Positions 46,733 through 57,805 are shown, counted from the first letter of the stretch. The stretch is 64,000 nt of DNA from Acidobacteriota bacterium (GCA_965217775.1 CBDCJH010000002.1:2080001-2144000); one strand, 5' to 3'. Made by a program: numbers and translations. The notes: generated from the letters alone by a model not told the origin.

Positions 46733-49700
46733 CTAATTTCCCTTCTGTGGATCCTGATTCTCCGGCCTCAGCGACGGGTGAAGCATCATCTCTTCGTAGA
46801 CTTCCTCCCCGTAGCCGATCCCGGCGCTCTCGGTGCCGACCTCGTACTGATACTTGAGGATGAAAGAGATCAGATCGGCCATTTCCTGATGGTTGATGGT
46901 CTCTTCCAGACCCTCGGGCATGAGGGAGTTGGTCGTCGCCCGGATCTCACGGATGTTCTCCCGCAACAGGGTGTTCCGCAGGTCGTCGCCCTCCACCAGG
47001 GTCACGCTGGTGGCCGTCTCATCCGTTAGCAGACCGGTGTAGAGCCCCCCTTTGAGGTCCGTCGCAACGTACTGCAAATACTGGGGTTCGACGAAACGGT
47101 TGGGATCCAGGATGTTCACCAGGAGGGACTCGGGATCCTTCTCCGAGCCGCGGATCAGGTTCGGTCCGATGGGGTGCTCCCGGGAAGAGAGCCGGTGGCA
47201 CTTGAGGCATTCCCGACGGTAGACGGCCTCGCCGCGTTTGTGGTCGCCGGTCAGAGACAAGCTGGCCTGAAATTCGACCAGCACGTCCTTGCGAGACCCC
47301 AGTTCCTCGGACCCCAGTAGCCGGGCCGCCCGCTCGCGGATAGTCTCGTCGTCGTGGTTCACGAGGAGATCCCGACGCTTGGCGTCGATCTGGTTGGCTG
47401 CGACCGACTCCTCCGAGACGGCCTCAAGCAAGGCCGAGGTCCATTCCTGTCGCGCGAAGAGAGTCTCCAGGATCTTGCTTCGGGTTCGGGGAGAATGCGC
47501 CATCCAGTCCTCCAGCAGGAGACCCGGTATCTCCGGGCTCTGGAAGCCCGCCAAGGCATCGATTGCCGCGATTTGGAGGTCCTGAGGCTGTTGGGGATCC
47601 ACCAGCGAGGCCAGTACGGGCTTCACTCGAGCCAGCCGGTCATGGTGAAGCAGCCGGATGGATTCGAGCCGGTCCCCCAGGGAAGCGGACTCGTCGGCGA
47701 CGATCTTGCCCGCACGCTCCATGTGAGCCTTGATCATGGAGGCTGCGGAGGCCGGGAGCCTTCGCAGCCCCAAGAGCGACCCGCCGGAATAGGCCAGGCC
47801 TTCGGCCATTCCGAGGATGATCTCCTGCCTTGCGGACGGTCTTGCGGCCAACACCGGATTGGCGGCCATGACGCCGAGAACCCGCCTCAACTCCCGTGCG
47901 CGTTCCCGGGCCCCCACGGCCCGGGCTAGCCGGGACAACCACTGGACCGATTTGGGTTGCGCCAGAAACGTCTCCTCGTTGGCCAACCGGGCAAACAGTT
48001 GGTGGCCGAATTCGGCACAGGAACTCAGGACGGCGTTCCGGACCCAGAAGTCGCCCGTATCTTCCCGGGCGATCCGGACCAGTGCGGGAAGAGCCCTCTG
48101 CCCTCGCACCTCGCCCAGACTCAGGGCCACCTGGAACCGGACCCGGATTTCCGGGTCCTGGGCCAGGTCCGACACCTTCCGGAACAGGGCGCGGGACCGA
48201 TTCAAGCGGGATTCGGCCAGCCGGACGGCGTGGACCCGGACACCGGCTTCAGGATCCCCCAGACCCCGCAGCAGGTCCCGGTCCCGGAGCGAACCAAGAC
48301 CCTCCAGGGACCAGAGTGCATGCATCCGGGCCAGGGGACGGGAACTCTCCCTCAAGAGCCGGCGCAGGAGGGGCGCCGCCGACCGGTCTTCCCGTTCACG
48401 GATCAGACGGTGGGCCGTCGCCCGCCACCAGCCCCCATCGTGTTCCAGATGGGCGACCAGTTCCTCGATCGTCGCCTCGCCCAACCGGGGCGGAGGCGGC
48501 GACACGAATCCCGGGGGCGCCAGGCGATAGATGCGTCCCCGATCTCGTCCGCTGGTGAAATCCAGGTGCTTCATCACCCGTCCGGGGACGTGGGTCGCCT
48601 CGATCAGCTCCCGGGACATGTCCAGGAAGTACACGGTTCCATCAGGCGCATTGACCGCATTCACGGGCCGAAACCAGTTGTCGGCGGTGCGGACGAACTC
48701 CGAGCCCTCCGCCTCCCCCCGCTCTGAGCGGAAAGTGACTCCGTCGTCGATGAGAACCCGGCGGTGGATCAGGTTGCCCGTATTGGCGCCCATGAAGTAG
48801 CTGCCCCGGTACTTCTCCGGGTAGGCGTGGCCCGTATACATGGTCACCCCCGAACCGGCCGTCAGGTAGTCGTGACCGACGCCCGCGCTCCGGGAAGAGG
48901 ACCCGGCGAAGATTCGCCGCGCCTGACGAATGGTGCGCCAGCCCTCCACCGGACTGATCTTGTAGAGGCGGGTCTGGCCCTGGACCAAGGGCTTCACCTG
49001 GTTGGCGCCCGGTCCCAGCCACCGGTGCAGATTGACGAAAAGGTAGGGGTTCCGTTCCAGGTAGCGGGCCGGCAACACCACGTGGCACCCCGGCATCCCC
49101 TGGTTGCAGACGAAGCGGTTGAACCATTGGTCGAAGGCGTGCCCGAACTGGAAGGTCTGGGTGGTGGTCTCGAACCGTCCGCTCACGGGATCGAAGCGGA
49201 AATCCCGGGCGCCCAATGAGACTGGACGCGAATCCGGATTCTCCAAGGATCGGATCTCGCCGGCGTTTCCGGAAGCGATCCCATAGATCCAATGGTCCAC
49301 CCCCATGATGATGCTGTTCATCATCTGCTGCTCGTTCTGGTGTCCGAAGCCCGAATAGACCTTCTTCCGGATGTCGGCCTTGGCGTCACCGTCGGTGTCC
49401 TTGAGGTACCAGATGTCGGGGGGAGCGGTAACGTAGACCCCTCCGTTCCAGACCGTCACTCCGGTGGGCCACAGCAACTCGTCGGCAAAGACGTGGCTCT
49501 GGTCCAGGGTGCCGTCGCCGTCGGTGTCCTCCAGCAAGCGGACCACGCCGATGGGCTTCTCGCCCGGACCCGGCTGGTAGGGATAGTCCCGCATCTCGGC
49601 CACGTAGAGGCGGCCGTTCTCGTCGAACGCGGCCGCCACCGGGTCGTTCACCAGGGGCTCATGGGCCACCATCTCCATACGGAATCCGTCGACCGCCTCG

Positions 49701-49900
49701 AACGATGCCAGGGCCTCCTGCGGCTCCTTGGGCGGAACCGGCTGGAGATACTCGGCCAAGGCCGCCTCGTCCCGGGAAATGTCCACGATCTCGCGGAACG
49801 GATCCCGCGTGTCTTCGTCAACCCCGCAAGCCAGGAACGGGATCAGAAACGCTCCGGCGACGAAACGTCCAGCCGTTCGCAGACACAGATTGGACTCCAT
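46733..49900 (-). CDS. PVC-type membrane-bound dehydrogenase-like / heme-binding CxxCH protein
   Basis: Lipobox FLAC, LEDTDGDG propeller, FRPVN, HEAT repeats, CLKCH, SLMPEGL. Confidence 0.9.
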   Translation of the reverse strand: MESNLCLRTAGRFVAGAFLIPFLACGVDEDTRDPFREIVDISRDEAALAEYLQPVPPKEPQEALASFEAVDGFRMEMVAHEPLVNDPVAAAFDENGRLYVAEMRDYPYQPGPGEKPIGVVRLLEDTDGDGTLDQSHVFADELLWPTGVTVWNGGVYVTAPPDIWYLKDTDGDAKADIRKKVYSGFGHQNEQQMMNSIIMGVDHWIYGIASGNAGEIRSLENPDSRPVSLGARDFRFDPVSGRFETTTQTFQFGHAFDQWFNRFVCNQGMPGCHVVLPARYLERNPYLFVNLHRWLGPGANQVKPLVQGQTRLYKISPVEGWRTIRQARRIFAGSSSRSAGVGHDYLTAGSGVTMYTGHAYPEKYRGSYFMGANTGNLIHRRVLIDDGVTFRSERGEAEGSEFVRTADNWFRPVNAVNAPDGTVYFLDMSRELIEATHVPGRVMKHLDFTSGRDRGRIYRLAPPGFVSPPPPRLGEATIEELVAHLEHDGGWWRATAHRLIREREDRSAAPLLRRLLRESSRPLARMHALWSLEGLGSLRDRDLLRGLGDPEAGVRVHAVRLAESRLNRSRALFRKVSDLAQDPEIRVRFQVALSLGEVRGQRALPALVRIAREDTGDFWVRNAVLSSCAEFGHQLFARLANEETFLAQPKSVQWLSRLARAVGARERARELRRVLGVMAANPVLAARPSARQEIILGMAEGLAYSGGSLLGLRRLPASAASMIKAHMERAGKIVADESASLGDRLESIRLLHHDRLARVKPVLASLVDPQQPQDLQIAAIDALAGFQSPEIPGLLLEDWMAHSPRTRSKILETLFARQEWTSALLEAVSEESVAANQIDAKRRDLLVNHDDETIRERAARLLGSEELGSRKDVLVEFQASLSLTGDHKRGEAVYRRECLKCHRLSSREHPIGPNLIRGSEKDPESLLVNILDPNRFVEPQYLQYVATDLKGGLYTGLLTDETATSVTLVEGDDLRNTLLRENIREIRATTNSLMPEGLEETINHQEMADLISFILKYQYEVGTESAGIGYGEEVYEEMMLHPSLRPENQDPQKGN

Positions 49901-49956
49901 ACTTCACGCCTCCCGATGTCACCGGGCCCTTCAGAGGGCGGCGACTCAATTTCGAA

Positions 49957-51375
49957 TCAGGTCAATCGTCCCCGGGGTCGCTTGTCCATGATCTTGCCGG
50001 CCACCCTGAGGAAATTGCCGCCGATGATCTTGCGAATGTCGTCGTCCGAGTAGCCTCTCACCACCAACCCCACCGTCAGATAGGGAGCGTTGACCCAGGA
50101 CAGGGGACGGGGCCCGGTCTCCCATTCCCAGTAGGTCCGCGTGCCCTTGAAGCCGGTGGCCAGAAACTTCCGGGGTTTCAGGATCTTAACGATTTCCGGA
50201 GCCTGCACGGCCCGGCCCATGGGACCCTGGTCCGAGGCCAGGCCCACATGGTCCACACCCACCAGCTTGACCGCATGGTCCAGGTGCCGGTAGACGGCCT
50301 CCGCACCGAATCCACCCAACAGGTTGGGCACGGTGATGATTCCGATCATTCCCCCTCTGTCGGCCGTACTTCGAATCGCCTCGTCGGTGGCGTTTCGATT
50401 TGGGCTCTTGCCTCCGCGGGACAGCGCCCGGCAAGCCGTGTGGCTGATGAGTACCGGTTCCTGCGAGGCCTGGATGGCGTCCAACGTCGTCTGGGTTCCG
50501 CAGTGGGAAAGATCCACCATCATCCCCAGTTGGTTCATGCGCCGGATGACGGACTCCCCCATCTCCGTGAGGCCCGCGTCCGTCTCCTGATAGTGGGAAG
50601 TTCCCAACTGGTTCCGGGTGCTGTTGGTCAACTGGCAGTGGCGGACGCCGAACCCATAGAAAAAGTCGAGACTCTTGATGGGATCCTTGATGTGTGGGCC
50701 GGCGAAACAGGCGTCGGGGCGGCCTACGTGCCAGATGACGGCATGCTTCCCGGCTCGCTTGAACTCGGGAAGATCCTCGATTCGCAGAAACTTTTCCATG
50801 TAGGACAAGTGGTCGAAGGCGTAGGTGGCGCTGGCCAGGTACTCGAGGGAACCCCGGTCCCCTTCCCCTTCCGGAGCCCAGGCCACGTCGGCGAGGCCCA
50901 GGTCGATCTGGGCCGATTCCCACGCCAGCCGGTGGTTGGCCCGAAAACCGGGATCGTGGACCACCTCCAGCGCGCGCCATTTCTGAATCTGCGGCCGGAC
51001 GGTGGACCTGAACAGCTCTAGTTTCCGTTCCGGGTCCGGCTCCCGGTCCAGAACCTCAAGCGCCCAAGCCTTCATGGATTCGGAGTAGAACCCGGTCACG
51101 TGAACTGGATTGGACCCTCCGTAGAGATCGCAGACCATGGATTCCCGATGGAGCTCGAGTCCATGCTCCAACTGGGCCGGTGTCGGCTTGATTTCGTCCA
51201 GAATGGCTTTTCTGGCCCCGTCGATATGTCCTCTGAACCTACGGGTGGCCAGACCAGCGTATTCCTTTGCCGCCGCCTTCGCCTGCGGGCTCCCGACGGG
51301 GCCCTGGGCGAGCAACGACACGGCGCCCACCTGGACCAGGAACCGCCGACGATCGGTCGCAGACTGTAGAGTCAT
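49957..51375 (-). CDS. Tat-exported membrane dipeptidase (M19 family)
   Basis: DRRRFL; MMVDLSH, ISHT, RNATDE, HVGLASD, IIGGNFLRV. Confidence 0.85.
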   Translation of the reverse strand: MTLQSATDRRRFLVQVGAVSLLAQGPVGSPQAKAAAKEYAGLATRRFRGHIDGARKAILDEIKPTPAQLEHGLELHRESMVCDLYGGSNPVHVTGFYSESMKAWALEVLDREPDPERKLELFRSTVRPQIQKWRALEVVHDPGFRANHRLAWESAQIDLGLADVAWAPEGEGDRGSLEYLASATYAFDHLSYMEKFLRIEDLPEFKRAGKHAVIWHVGRPDACFAGPHIKDPIKSLDFFYGFGVRHCQLTNSTRNQLGTSHYQETDAGLTEMGESVIRRMNQLGMMVDLSHCGTQTTLDAIQASQEPVLISHTACRALSRGGKSPNRNATDEAIRSTADRGGMIGIITVPNLLGGFGAEAVYRHLDHAVKLVGVDHVGLASDQGPMGRAVQAPEIVKILKPRKFLATGFKGTRTYWEWETGPRPLSWVNAPYLTVGLVVRGYSDDDIRKIIGGNFLRVAGKIMDKRPRGRLT

Positions 51376-51558
51376 CTCGATTCCCTCCGATAATTCCCGG
51401 TCAGTCTACTACGACACCCGGAGGTTCGCGCGTCCCGCCCCGGTCCCTGCCGCCCGGGAACCGGGCCGATCTGGGCGGTCATGGTATCCTGCGTCTTGCC
51501 GGTGCTCCATGGACCGGAGACGGAAAACGTGAGCGCATCTCCTCGTTTTGCTTCCTCC

Positions 51559-52794
51559 ATGATCCTCCCCTATATCGCTGTTGTGCTCTGTCTGGCGGGA
51601 GGAATCCGGAGCCAGTCCGTCCCGTCGCCTGACAGCGCCATGGAGAAGATGAAGCTGCACCAGGACTACCTGGGAGCGCTGGCCGATCTCGAACAACTGC
51701 TGAAGGCTCCCAACCCTTCGCCGGTCATCTACTATCTGGCCGGTATCTGTCAGACCTCCCTTCGCAACTACCCGGAAGCCATAGAGAACTTCCGACAAGC
51801 CATGGACAAGGGTCTGGACAGTTGGGAGCTGAGGCTGAGCCTGGGAGTCGCGTTCGCCCGCATGGGCCGGGATGCGGACGCCCGCCGGGAGTTGGAGCTG
51901 GTGCTTCAGCTCCGGCCCGACGAGCCGACCACTCTCTTCCACCTGGGAGAGCTGGATCTGAAGGAAGGCCTTTACCCCGCGGCGGAAAGGAATTTCCGCC
52001 AGGTCCTGCGCCTTAATCCGGGCCACGAGAACATCCTCTTCAATCTGGGGACCAGCCTTCTGCGCCAGGGAAAAGAGGCGGAAGGCCGGGCGGTCCTGAA
52101 GAACCACCGGCAGAGAGCGCACTTGCGGGGACGGCTCAAGACACTTCGATGGATGTCCGCCTCGCCCCGGGCCAGCGCGGAAGTGTTCGCCGACCTGGGA
52201 GACGCGAACCTGGAGATCGGCGATCAGCGGGCCGCTCTGGATGCCTACGCCCGCGCGGAGAGACTGGAGCCGAACACCCATCTGACCGGTTTCGGGCGGG
52301 GCAAGCTCAGTTTCGGACGAGGAGATCTCCATGCCGCCGGCACGCACCTTCGCCGTTATCTTGACCAAGGCGGCCAGAGCTGCGAGGCGTATCTCCTACT
52401 GGCACTGGTGGAACGACGGACCCAGCGCCACCAGGAGGCCCGGGACTCCGCGGCGAAGGGCCTGGACGCCTGTCCCCAAGACGTGGGCCTGCTCTCCACC
52501 GCGGCCCGGCTGGAGATGGAACGGGGCAACCTGGAACAGACCGGCGCCCTGGCCGAGCGGATCATGCGAGTCGATCCCACAGATCCTACGGGCCCCTTCA
52601 TCAGGGCGCTCTCATTCCTCTATCGAAAACGGCTGGACGAGGCCGAACCAATGGCCCGCAAGGCGCTGGAACTGAACGATAAGGATCCCAAGCACCATCA
52701 ACTGCTGGAACGAATCTACCAGTCCATGGGAGCCTTCGAGAAAGCTCGTTTCCACGGCGCCAAGGCGCGGGAGTTGGCGGGGAAGGCGCGATGA
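51559..52794 (+). CDS. TPR repeat protein
   Basis: Multiple TPR-like helical repeats and a signal-like N-terminus; start uncertain. Confidence 0.75.
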   Translation: MILPYIAVVLCLAGGIRSQSVPSPDSAMEKMKLHQDYLGALADLEQLLKAPNPSPVIYYLAGICQTSLRNYPEAIENFRQAMDKGLDSWELRLSLGVAFARMGRDADARRELELVLQLRPDEPTTLFHLGELDLKEGLYPAAERNFRQVLRLNPGHENILFNLGTSLLRQGKEAEGRAVLKNHRQRAHLRGRLKTLRWMSASPRASAEVFADLGDANLEIGDQRAALDAYARAERLEPNTHLTGFGRGKLSFGRGDLHAAGTHLRRYLDQGGQSCEAYLLLALVERRTQRHQEARDSAAKGLDACPQDVGLLSTAARLEMERGNLEQTGALAERIMRVDPTDPTGPFIRALSFLYRKRLDEAEPMARKALELNDKDPKHHQLLERIYQSMGAFEKARFHGAKARELAGKAR

Positions 52795-52826
52795 AGAGGG
52801 GGACAAGACTGTCCCCCCTCCCAGGG
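52793..52826 (+). repeat. REP-like palindrome
   Basis: GAAGAGGGGGACAAGACTGTCCCCCCTCCCAGGG, at the end of a gene. Confidence 0.75.
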
Positions 52827-52903
52827 GCGGCGTGGCGGGTTGCGGGAGGCACTGCTAACATGAGGTTGAACCCACCGAAATCCGGAATGGACGGAGACAT
52901 GCA

Positions 52904-54064
52904 ATGAGAGATGAACGATCCCTTTCACGACGCGAGTGGCTGCGCGGAGGTTTGGCGGCGACCGGCGCTTCGCTCCTTCACTCTTCAGTATTCGGTTTCG
53001 TGCTGCCTCCCGTGGAGACCGGAGAGACGGTGGTGCCCTTCCTGGATCCACAGCCGGTGAATCCGGATCGGTCCATGGTCCAGTGGGACCAGCTCGAATC
53101 CTGGATCACCCCCGAATCGGACTTCTTCAGCGTCAAACACTACGGGGTCCCGGAAGTGGACATGGGGAAGTGGAGGCTGTCCATCGGAGGATTCGTGAAC
53201 CAGCCCCTTTCTTTGACTCTGGAAGACTTGAAGGCCCGTCCCAAGAGTCATTACACCGCCACGCTCGAGTGCTCCGGAAACGGTGCCTCGGAGCGATTCA
53301 TGGGAGCCATCGGCAACGCTCGCTGGAGCGGGACGCGGCTGGGTCCGGTCCTGGAGGAATGCGGTCTGAGCCCGGAGGCCACCGAGGTGGTCTTCTTCGG
53401 AGTGGACCGCGGCAAGGAGGAGATCCGCGGCAACGAGTACGAGCAGAATTTCGGGCGCAGTCTTTCGGTCAAAGAAGCGTTTCGGGATCGGGTCCTGCTG
53501 GCCTACGAGATGAATGGGAAGCCGTTGAGCCAGACCCATGGCGCTCCGCTACGCCTGGTGGTTCCCGGTTGGTACGGAGTGGCCTGGGTCAAGTGGCTCT
53601 GGCGCATCGAGGTCCATGACCGGCGTTTCCTGAGCCGCTTCATGGGACGCGACTACGTTACGATCCGCGGTGAGGAGCGGGACGGCGAAACCATCTGGCG
53701 CGAGACCTCGGTCGGCCGCATGAATCTCAAGTCCATCGTGGCCCGAGTGACCCGTCTGGATGGCGGTGCCGTCCGGGTCATGGGCGCGGTCTGGAACGAC
53801 GGGACTCCGTTGAAGGGGGTCGAGCTGAAGCTGGACGACGGCCCCTGGAGGAAGACCGAGTTGGGCGAGGGGAAGGATTATCCCCACTGCTGGACCTTCT
53901 GGTCCTACGTCTGGAATGATCCCTCTCCGGGCGAGCACACCCTGGTCTCCAGAGCCGTCGACGCTCGGGGCCAGGTCCAGCCGGCGCCGGAAGACGAGAT
54001 GATCCGGCTGAAGAAGACCTACTGGGAAGCCAACCAACAGATCCAGCGGCGGATCCGGCTCTGA
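52904..54064 (+). CDS. Tat-exported sulfite oxidase family molybdoenzyme
   Basis: SRREWL; LECSGN, LAYEMNG.PL...HGAPLRLVVPGWYG..WVKWL. Confidence 0.9.
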   Translation: MRDERSLSRREWLRGGLAATGASLLHSSVFGFVLPPVETGETVVPFLDPQPVNPDRSMVQWDQLESWITPESDFFSVKHYGVPEVDMGKWRLSIGGFVNQPLSLTLEDLKARPKSHYTATLECSGNGASERFMGAIGNARWSGTRLGPVLEECGLSPEATEVVFFGVDRGKEEIRGNEYEQNFGRSLSVKEAFRDRVLLAYEMNGKPLSQTHGAPLRLVVPGWYGVAWVKWLWRIEVHDRRFLSRFMGRDYVTIRGEERDGETIWRETSVGRMNLKSIVARVTRLDGGAVRVMGAVWNDGTPLKGVELKLDDGPWRKTELGEGKDYPHCWTFWSYVWNDPSPGEHTLVSRAVDARGQVQPAPEDEMIRLKKTYWEANQQIQRRIRL

Positions 54065-54068
54065 CCGA

Positions 54069-55127
54069 ATGGGAAAACGTCTGGCTGTCTTTGGCGCCGG
54101 CGCCATCGGGGGCCAGGTCGGCGCCCGGATGTTCGGCGCGGGACATGACGTCACGCTGATCGAGCCGTGGCCGGAGCAATTCCGGGCCATTCGGGACTCG
54201 GGCCTTCGGATCGAAGACGAAGAAGGACCGGTTCTCTTCCGCCCGCCGGTCGTCCATCCGGACCAACTCCACCTTCCGGACCCGGTGGACATCCTCTTTC
54301 TGGCGGTGAAATCGTACGACTCAGACACCGCCGTGGAGAGGATTCTTCCCCACCTGTCGCCGCAGGCCTGGGTGGTGAGCACCCAGAACGGCATCAACGA
54401 AGAGATCATTGCCCAACGAGTCGAAAGCGGACGGATCCTGGGCGTCGTCATCCTGATCAACGCCGTGTTGGAGGCACCCGGCCGGATCCAAGTCTCCACC
54501 CAGTCCGTCTCCCGGTCCTCCAACCTCAACGCTCCCGGCGCCTACGTGGGTGAGTACGTCGGGTCCTCGGTCAACAAAGCTGAAGAAGTGGCCCATTATC
54601 TGAACGCCGTGTGGCCGACGAAGACCACGGGCGATCTGATGGCCATGCGCTGGACCAAGCTGGCCACCAGCGCCATGGTCAATGCGCTTTCGGGAATCAC
54701 CGGGTTGCGGTCAGCCCCACTCCTGGGTGAGCCGGATGTGCGTAAGATCATGATCCAGTTGGCAGCGGAGGTGGTCCATGTGGCCCGGGCCCATGGACAC
54801 GCCATCCACCGCGTCCTGGGCCACTGCACGCCGGATCAGGTGCTGGCGGCCGCCCGCGGACGGGATGGGACCATGGACCGGCGACTGGCCCGGATGTCGG
54901 AACGGATCAGTCCGGCTGCCGCCACTTCCCTGCTCCAGGACCACTGGAAGGGACGGATCACCGAGGTGGATCACTTCAACGGATTCGTGGTCCGCAAAGG
55001 AAGGGAGAAAGGAGTGCCGACACCGGTCAACGAGGCGGTCCGACAACTCATGAAGCGGATCGAGCGAAAAGAGATCTCCTCCAGACTGCACGCCCTGGAG
55101 CCGCTACTGAGCTTGGTGAACGGGTAG
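54069..55127 (+). CDS. Ketopantoate reductase family protein
   Basis: GAGAIGG, LAVKSYD, QNGI, W.KL, SLLQD...TEVD.FNG. Confidence 0.85.
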   Translation: MGKRLAVFGAGAIGGQVGARMFGAGHDVTLIEPWPEQFRAIRDSGLRIEDEEGPVLFRPPVVHPDQLHLPDPVDILFLAVKSYDSDTAVERILPHLSPQAWVVSTQNGINEEIIAQRVESGRILGVVILINAVLEAPGRIQVSTQSVSRSSNLNAPGAYVGEYVGSSVNKAEEVAHYLNAVWPTKTTGDLMAMRWTKLATSAMVNALSGITGLRSAPLLGEPDVRKIMIQLAAEVVHVARAHGHAIHRVLGHCTPDQVLAAARGRDGTMDRRLARMSERISPAAATSLLQDHWKGRITEVDHFNGFVVRKGREKGVPTPVNEAVRQLMKRIERKEISSRLHALEPLLSLVNG

Positions 55128-55131
55128 GGGC

Positions 55132-55235
55132 AGGAGGGGGGACATTCCTGTCCCCCATAGGAGGGGGGACATTTTGTCCCCTATTCTTGATTTGGGGGCG
55201 ACGACGAAGAGGGGGACAAAATGTCCCCCCTCCTA
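55132..55235. repeat. Cluster of three REP-like palindromes (two direct, one inverted) between convergent genes
   Basis: AGGAGGGGGGACATTCCTGTCCCCC, AGGAGGGGGACATTTTGTCCCC, GAAGAGGGGGACAAAATGTCCCCCCTCCTA. Confidence 0.8.
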
Positions 55236-56192
55236 TAAGACCTCCGGATTGACGCAGTGCCGGGGCCGTCTTCCCTCCAGCACGGCCAACATGTCGTTGG
55301 CCATGGAACGCCCGACCCGGTCCATGGCCAGGTAGCTCATCCCCAGGGAGTGGGGCGCGAAAAGGCACCTGGGGTTTTTGAAGATCCGGTGGGAGACGTC
55401 GGGCGGTTCGGTGGGAAACACGTCCAGTCCCACGTAGCTGAGTTGTCCGTCTTCAAGCGCGTCGGCGAGGGTGTCGAGACCATCGGTGATGCCGCCGCGG
55501 GCCAGGTTCAGCAGCACCGCTCCCCGTTTCATGCCGGCGACGGCCTCCCGGTCGATCATGCCGCGGGTCTCGTCATTCAGGAGCATGTGCAAGGAGACAT
55601 AGTCGGACTGGGCCAGCAATTGCTTCAATGCAACCTTTCGGACTCCGAACTCGGCCATTCGATCGGCGTCAACGTATGGGTCGTAGCCCAGGACCGTCAC
55701 TTCGAAGGGTTGCAGCAGCCTGGCCAGATACGACCCGATCCGGCCCAATCCCACGATGCCGAACGTGTGGCCGGCCACGTCCCCGACCAGTTCGTCGTAA
55801 CGGCGCTCCCAGTTGCCGCTTCGGACCGCGGCGTCCATGATGCGCATGTTCTTGACCAGGCAGAGCAGCATCCCCAGGGCCCCTTCGGCAACGGAGAATC
55901 CGCCCACCGGGGCGATGATGAGGGGAATCGACCGGCGGGTCAGGGCCGGAACGTCCACGTTGTCGTACCCGACGCCGGTCCTGCCCACGACCTTGAGATC
56001 GGGGGCGGCCTCCACCAATTCGCGGGTGATCCGGGCCTCCCCCCGGGCGACGATCCCGATCATTCCCGAGAGCAGACCCATCAGGGTCGTCTGGTCGGTG
56101 CTGGGCGAGGTCACCGTGGGAGCATGGGCCTCCAGCAACTCGATCACGATCTCTTCCACCGGGGCCGTCACCAGGATTCTCTTCTGAGTCAT
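55233..56192 (-). CDS. D-isomer-specific 2-hydroxyacid dehydrogenase (SerA-like)
   Basis: GVGYDNVD, GLGRIG, NLARGG, LDVFPTEP, PH. Confidence 0.88.
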   Translation of the reverse strand: MTQKRILVTAPVEEIVIELLEAHAPTVTSPSTDQTTLMGLLSGMIGIVARGEARITRELVEAAPDLKVVGRTGVGYDNVDVPALTRRSIPLIIAPVGGFSVAEGALGMLLCLVKNMRIMDAAVRSGNWERRYDELVGDVAGHTFGIVGLGRIGSYLARLLQPFEVTVLGYDPYVDADRMAEFGVRKVALKQLLAQSDYVSLHMLLNDETRGMIDREAVAGMKRGAVLLNLARGGITDGLDTLADALEDGQLSYVGLDVFPTEPPDVSHRIFKNPRCLFAPHSLGMSYLAMDRVGRSMANDMLAVLEGRRPRHCVNPEVL

Positions 56193-56328
56193 GGAGGTTT
56201 CCTATCCTTAGTCAGTGTCTACGTTTAGGGATCGTACGGACCTTGTCGGGTTGCACCCACTTCGCTACCATTGTCCAATCGGTTCCGACAACCGGAACCC
56301 GTCGATCAAACCTGACGGAGTATGAGCC

Positions 56329-57657
56329 ATGAGTCAATCTTCCATCAACAGGCGATCCTTCCTGTCCCATTCGGCCGGCGCCGGAGCCGGACTCGCACTG
56401 GCCGGATTTCCCGCCATAGCCAAATCCCGGGACGTAAACGGTCAGATCCGGGTCGGCATCGCCGGTCCCGGCGGCCGCGGCAGGGGCATCATGAGGGAGT
56501 TCTTCGAGCATAATCAGCGTTTCAACGCCCGCCTCACGGCGGTTTGCGACGTCTGGAACGACGCTCGGGAGCAAGCGAAGGCACTGACCGAGGAACGGCA
56601 GGGAACGACCCCGAAGGTCTACAGCCACCACGAGCAGATCGTGAACGACCCGGATATCGACGCTCTCATCATCGCCACTCCGGATCACGCCCACGCCCAG
56701 ATCCTCGAAATGGCCGCCCAAGCGGGCAAGGACGCCTACTGCGAGAAGCCCATGGGCAACGTCCTGTCGGAGACCAACGCGGCGCTGGACGCGGTGAAGA
56801 AAGCGGGCAGCGTCGTCCAGATCGGCACCCAGCGGCGAAGTTCCCCCAAGTACCGGCAGGCGGCCAAGATGATCGAGGACGGGATCATCGGAGACGTGGT
56901 CAAGGTCGACCTCCACTGGAGCTGGTACAGCCCCTACCGCTGGGCCAAGAAGGACCAGGACCTGGCGAAGATCAAGGAAAGCGACGTGGATTGGAACACC
57001 TGGCTCATGGGGAAACCGCACCGCCCCTTCGACCCCAGGGTGTTCCGCTGCTTCCGCCTCTGGAAGGACTTCTCCAGCGGCATCATCGACCAGTGGATGA
57101 CCCACGGCATCGACTTGGCCCACATGCTCACCGGCACCTCCTATCCCCTGAGCGCCGTGGCCCACGGCGGCATCTACGCCTGGAAGGACTGGAGGGAGAA
57201 CGCCGACACCATCGAGGTCTCTCTGGAGTACGAGAAGAACGGCCGAAAGTTCTTGACCGTCTATTCCACCAACCTGATCAACGGATACGGGAAAGCCACC
57301 CAGTTGCACGGCACCCTGGGCAGCTTCGAGGCCGGAGGCTCCAACAATCGTGAGGACTGGAGCAAGGGCCGGGCCGAGTCCAGCGCCAACCCCAACGTCC
57401 CCTGGCACTTCTCGGGCCGGGGAGTGAAGGCCGAGGGCAAGATCGAGGATCAGGTCCCCATTCCTGACGCTCCGGGCGAAAGGAGCCACGTGGCCAACTG
57501 GCTTGACGCCGTTCGCACCCGGGACAGCAAGAGGCTGTACTGCCCCGTAGAGGCCGGATACGGTCATTCCATCGCCTGCATCATGTCCACCGATTCCTAT
57601 TGGAGCGGCCGGCGCTTGACCTTCGATCCCGTCAAGCGGACGATTCAGGCTGGCTGA
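56329..57657 (+). CDS. Tat-exported Gfo/Idh/MocA oxidoreductase
   Basis: NRRSFL, IATPDHAH, YCEKP, QIGTQRRS. Confidence 0.9.
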   Translation: MSQSSINRRSFLSHSAGAGAGLALAGFPAIAKSRDVNGQIRVGIAGPGGRGRGIMREFFEHNQRFNARLTAVCDVWNDAREQAKALTEERQGTTPKVYSHHEQIVNDPDIDALIIATPDHAHAQILEMAAQAGKDAYCEKPMGNVLSETNAALDAVKKAGSVVQIGTQRRSSPKYRQAAKMIEDGIIGDVVKVDLHWSWYSPYRWAKKDQDLAKIKESDVDWNTWLMGKPHRPFDPRVFRCFRLWKDFSSGIIDQWMTHGIDLAHMLTGTSYPLSAVAHGGIYAWKDWRENADTIEVSLEYEKNGRKFLTVYSTNLINGYGKATQLHGTLGSFEAGGSNNREDWSKGRAESSANPNVPWHFSGRGVKAEGKIEDQVPIPDAPGERSHVANWLDAVRTRDSKRLYCPVEAGYGHSIACIMSTDSYWSGRRLTFDPVKRTIQAG

Positions 57658-57670
57658 GCTCGATTTTCCC

Positions 57671-57712
57671 GAAAGGGCCTGCATCCACCGGGGTGCAAGC
57701 CTTTTCTTTTTT
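57671..57712 (+). terminator. Probable intrinsic terminator
   Basis: AAGGGCcTGCATCC-accg-GGGTGCAaGCCTTT hairpin followed by a T-rich tract. Confidence 0.6.
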
Positions 57713-57805
57713 GCGGCCGCCGTGGAAATCCCGGGCGCCGATTGCGAGCGATCGAGCGTCCCGCCGTGTGAGGCTCCGTCATCATTCTGTTTCAAGGAGG
57801 GTTCC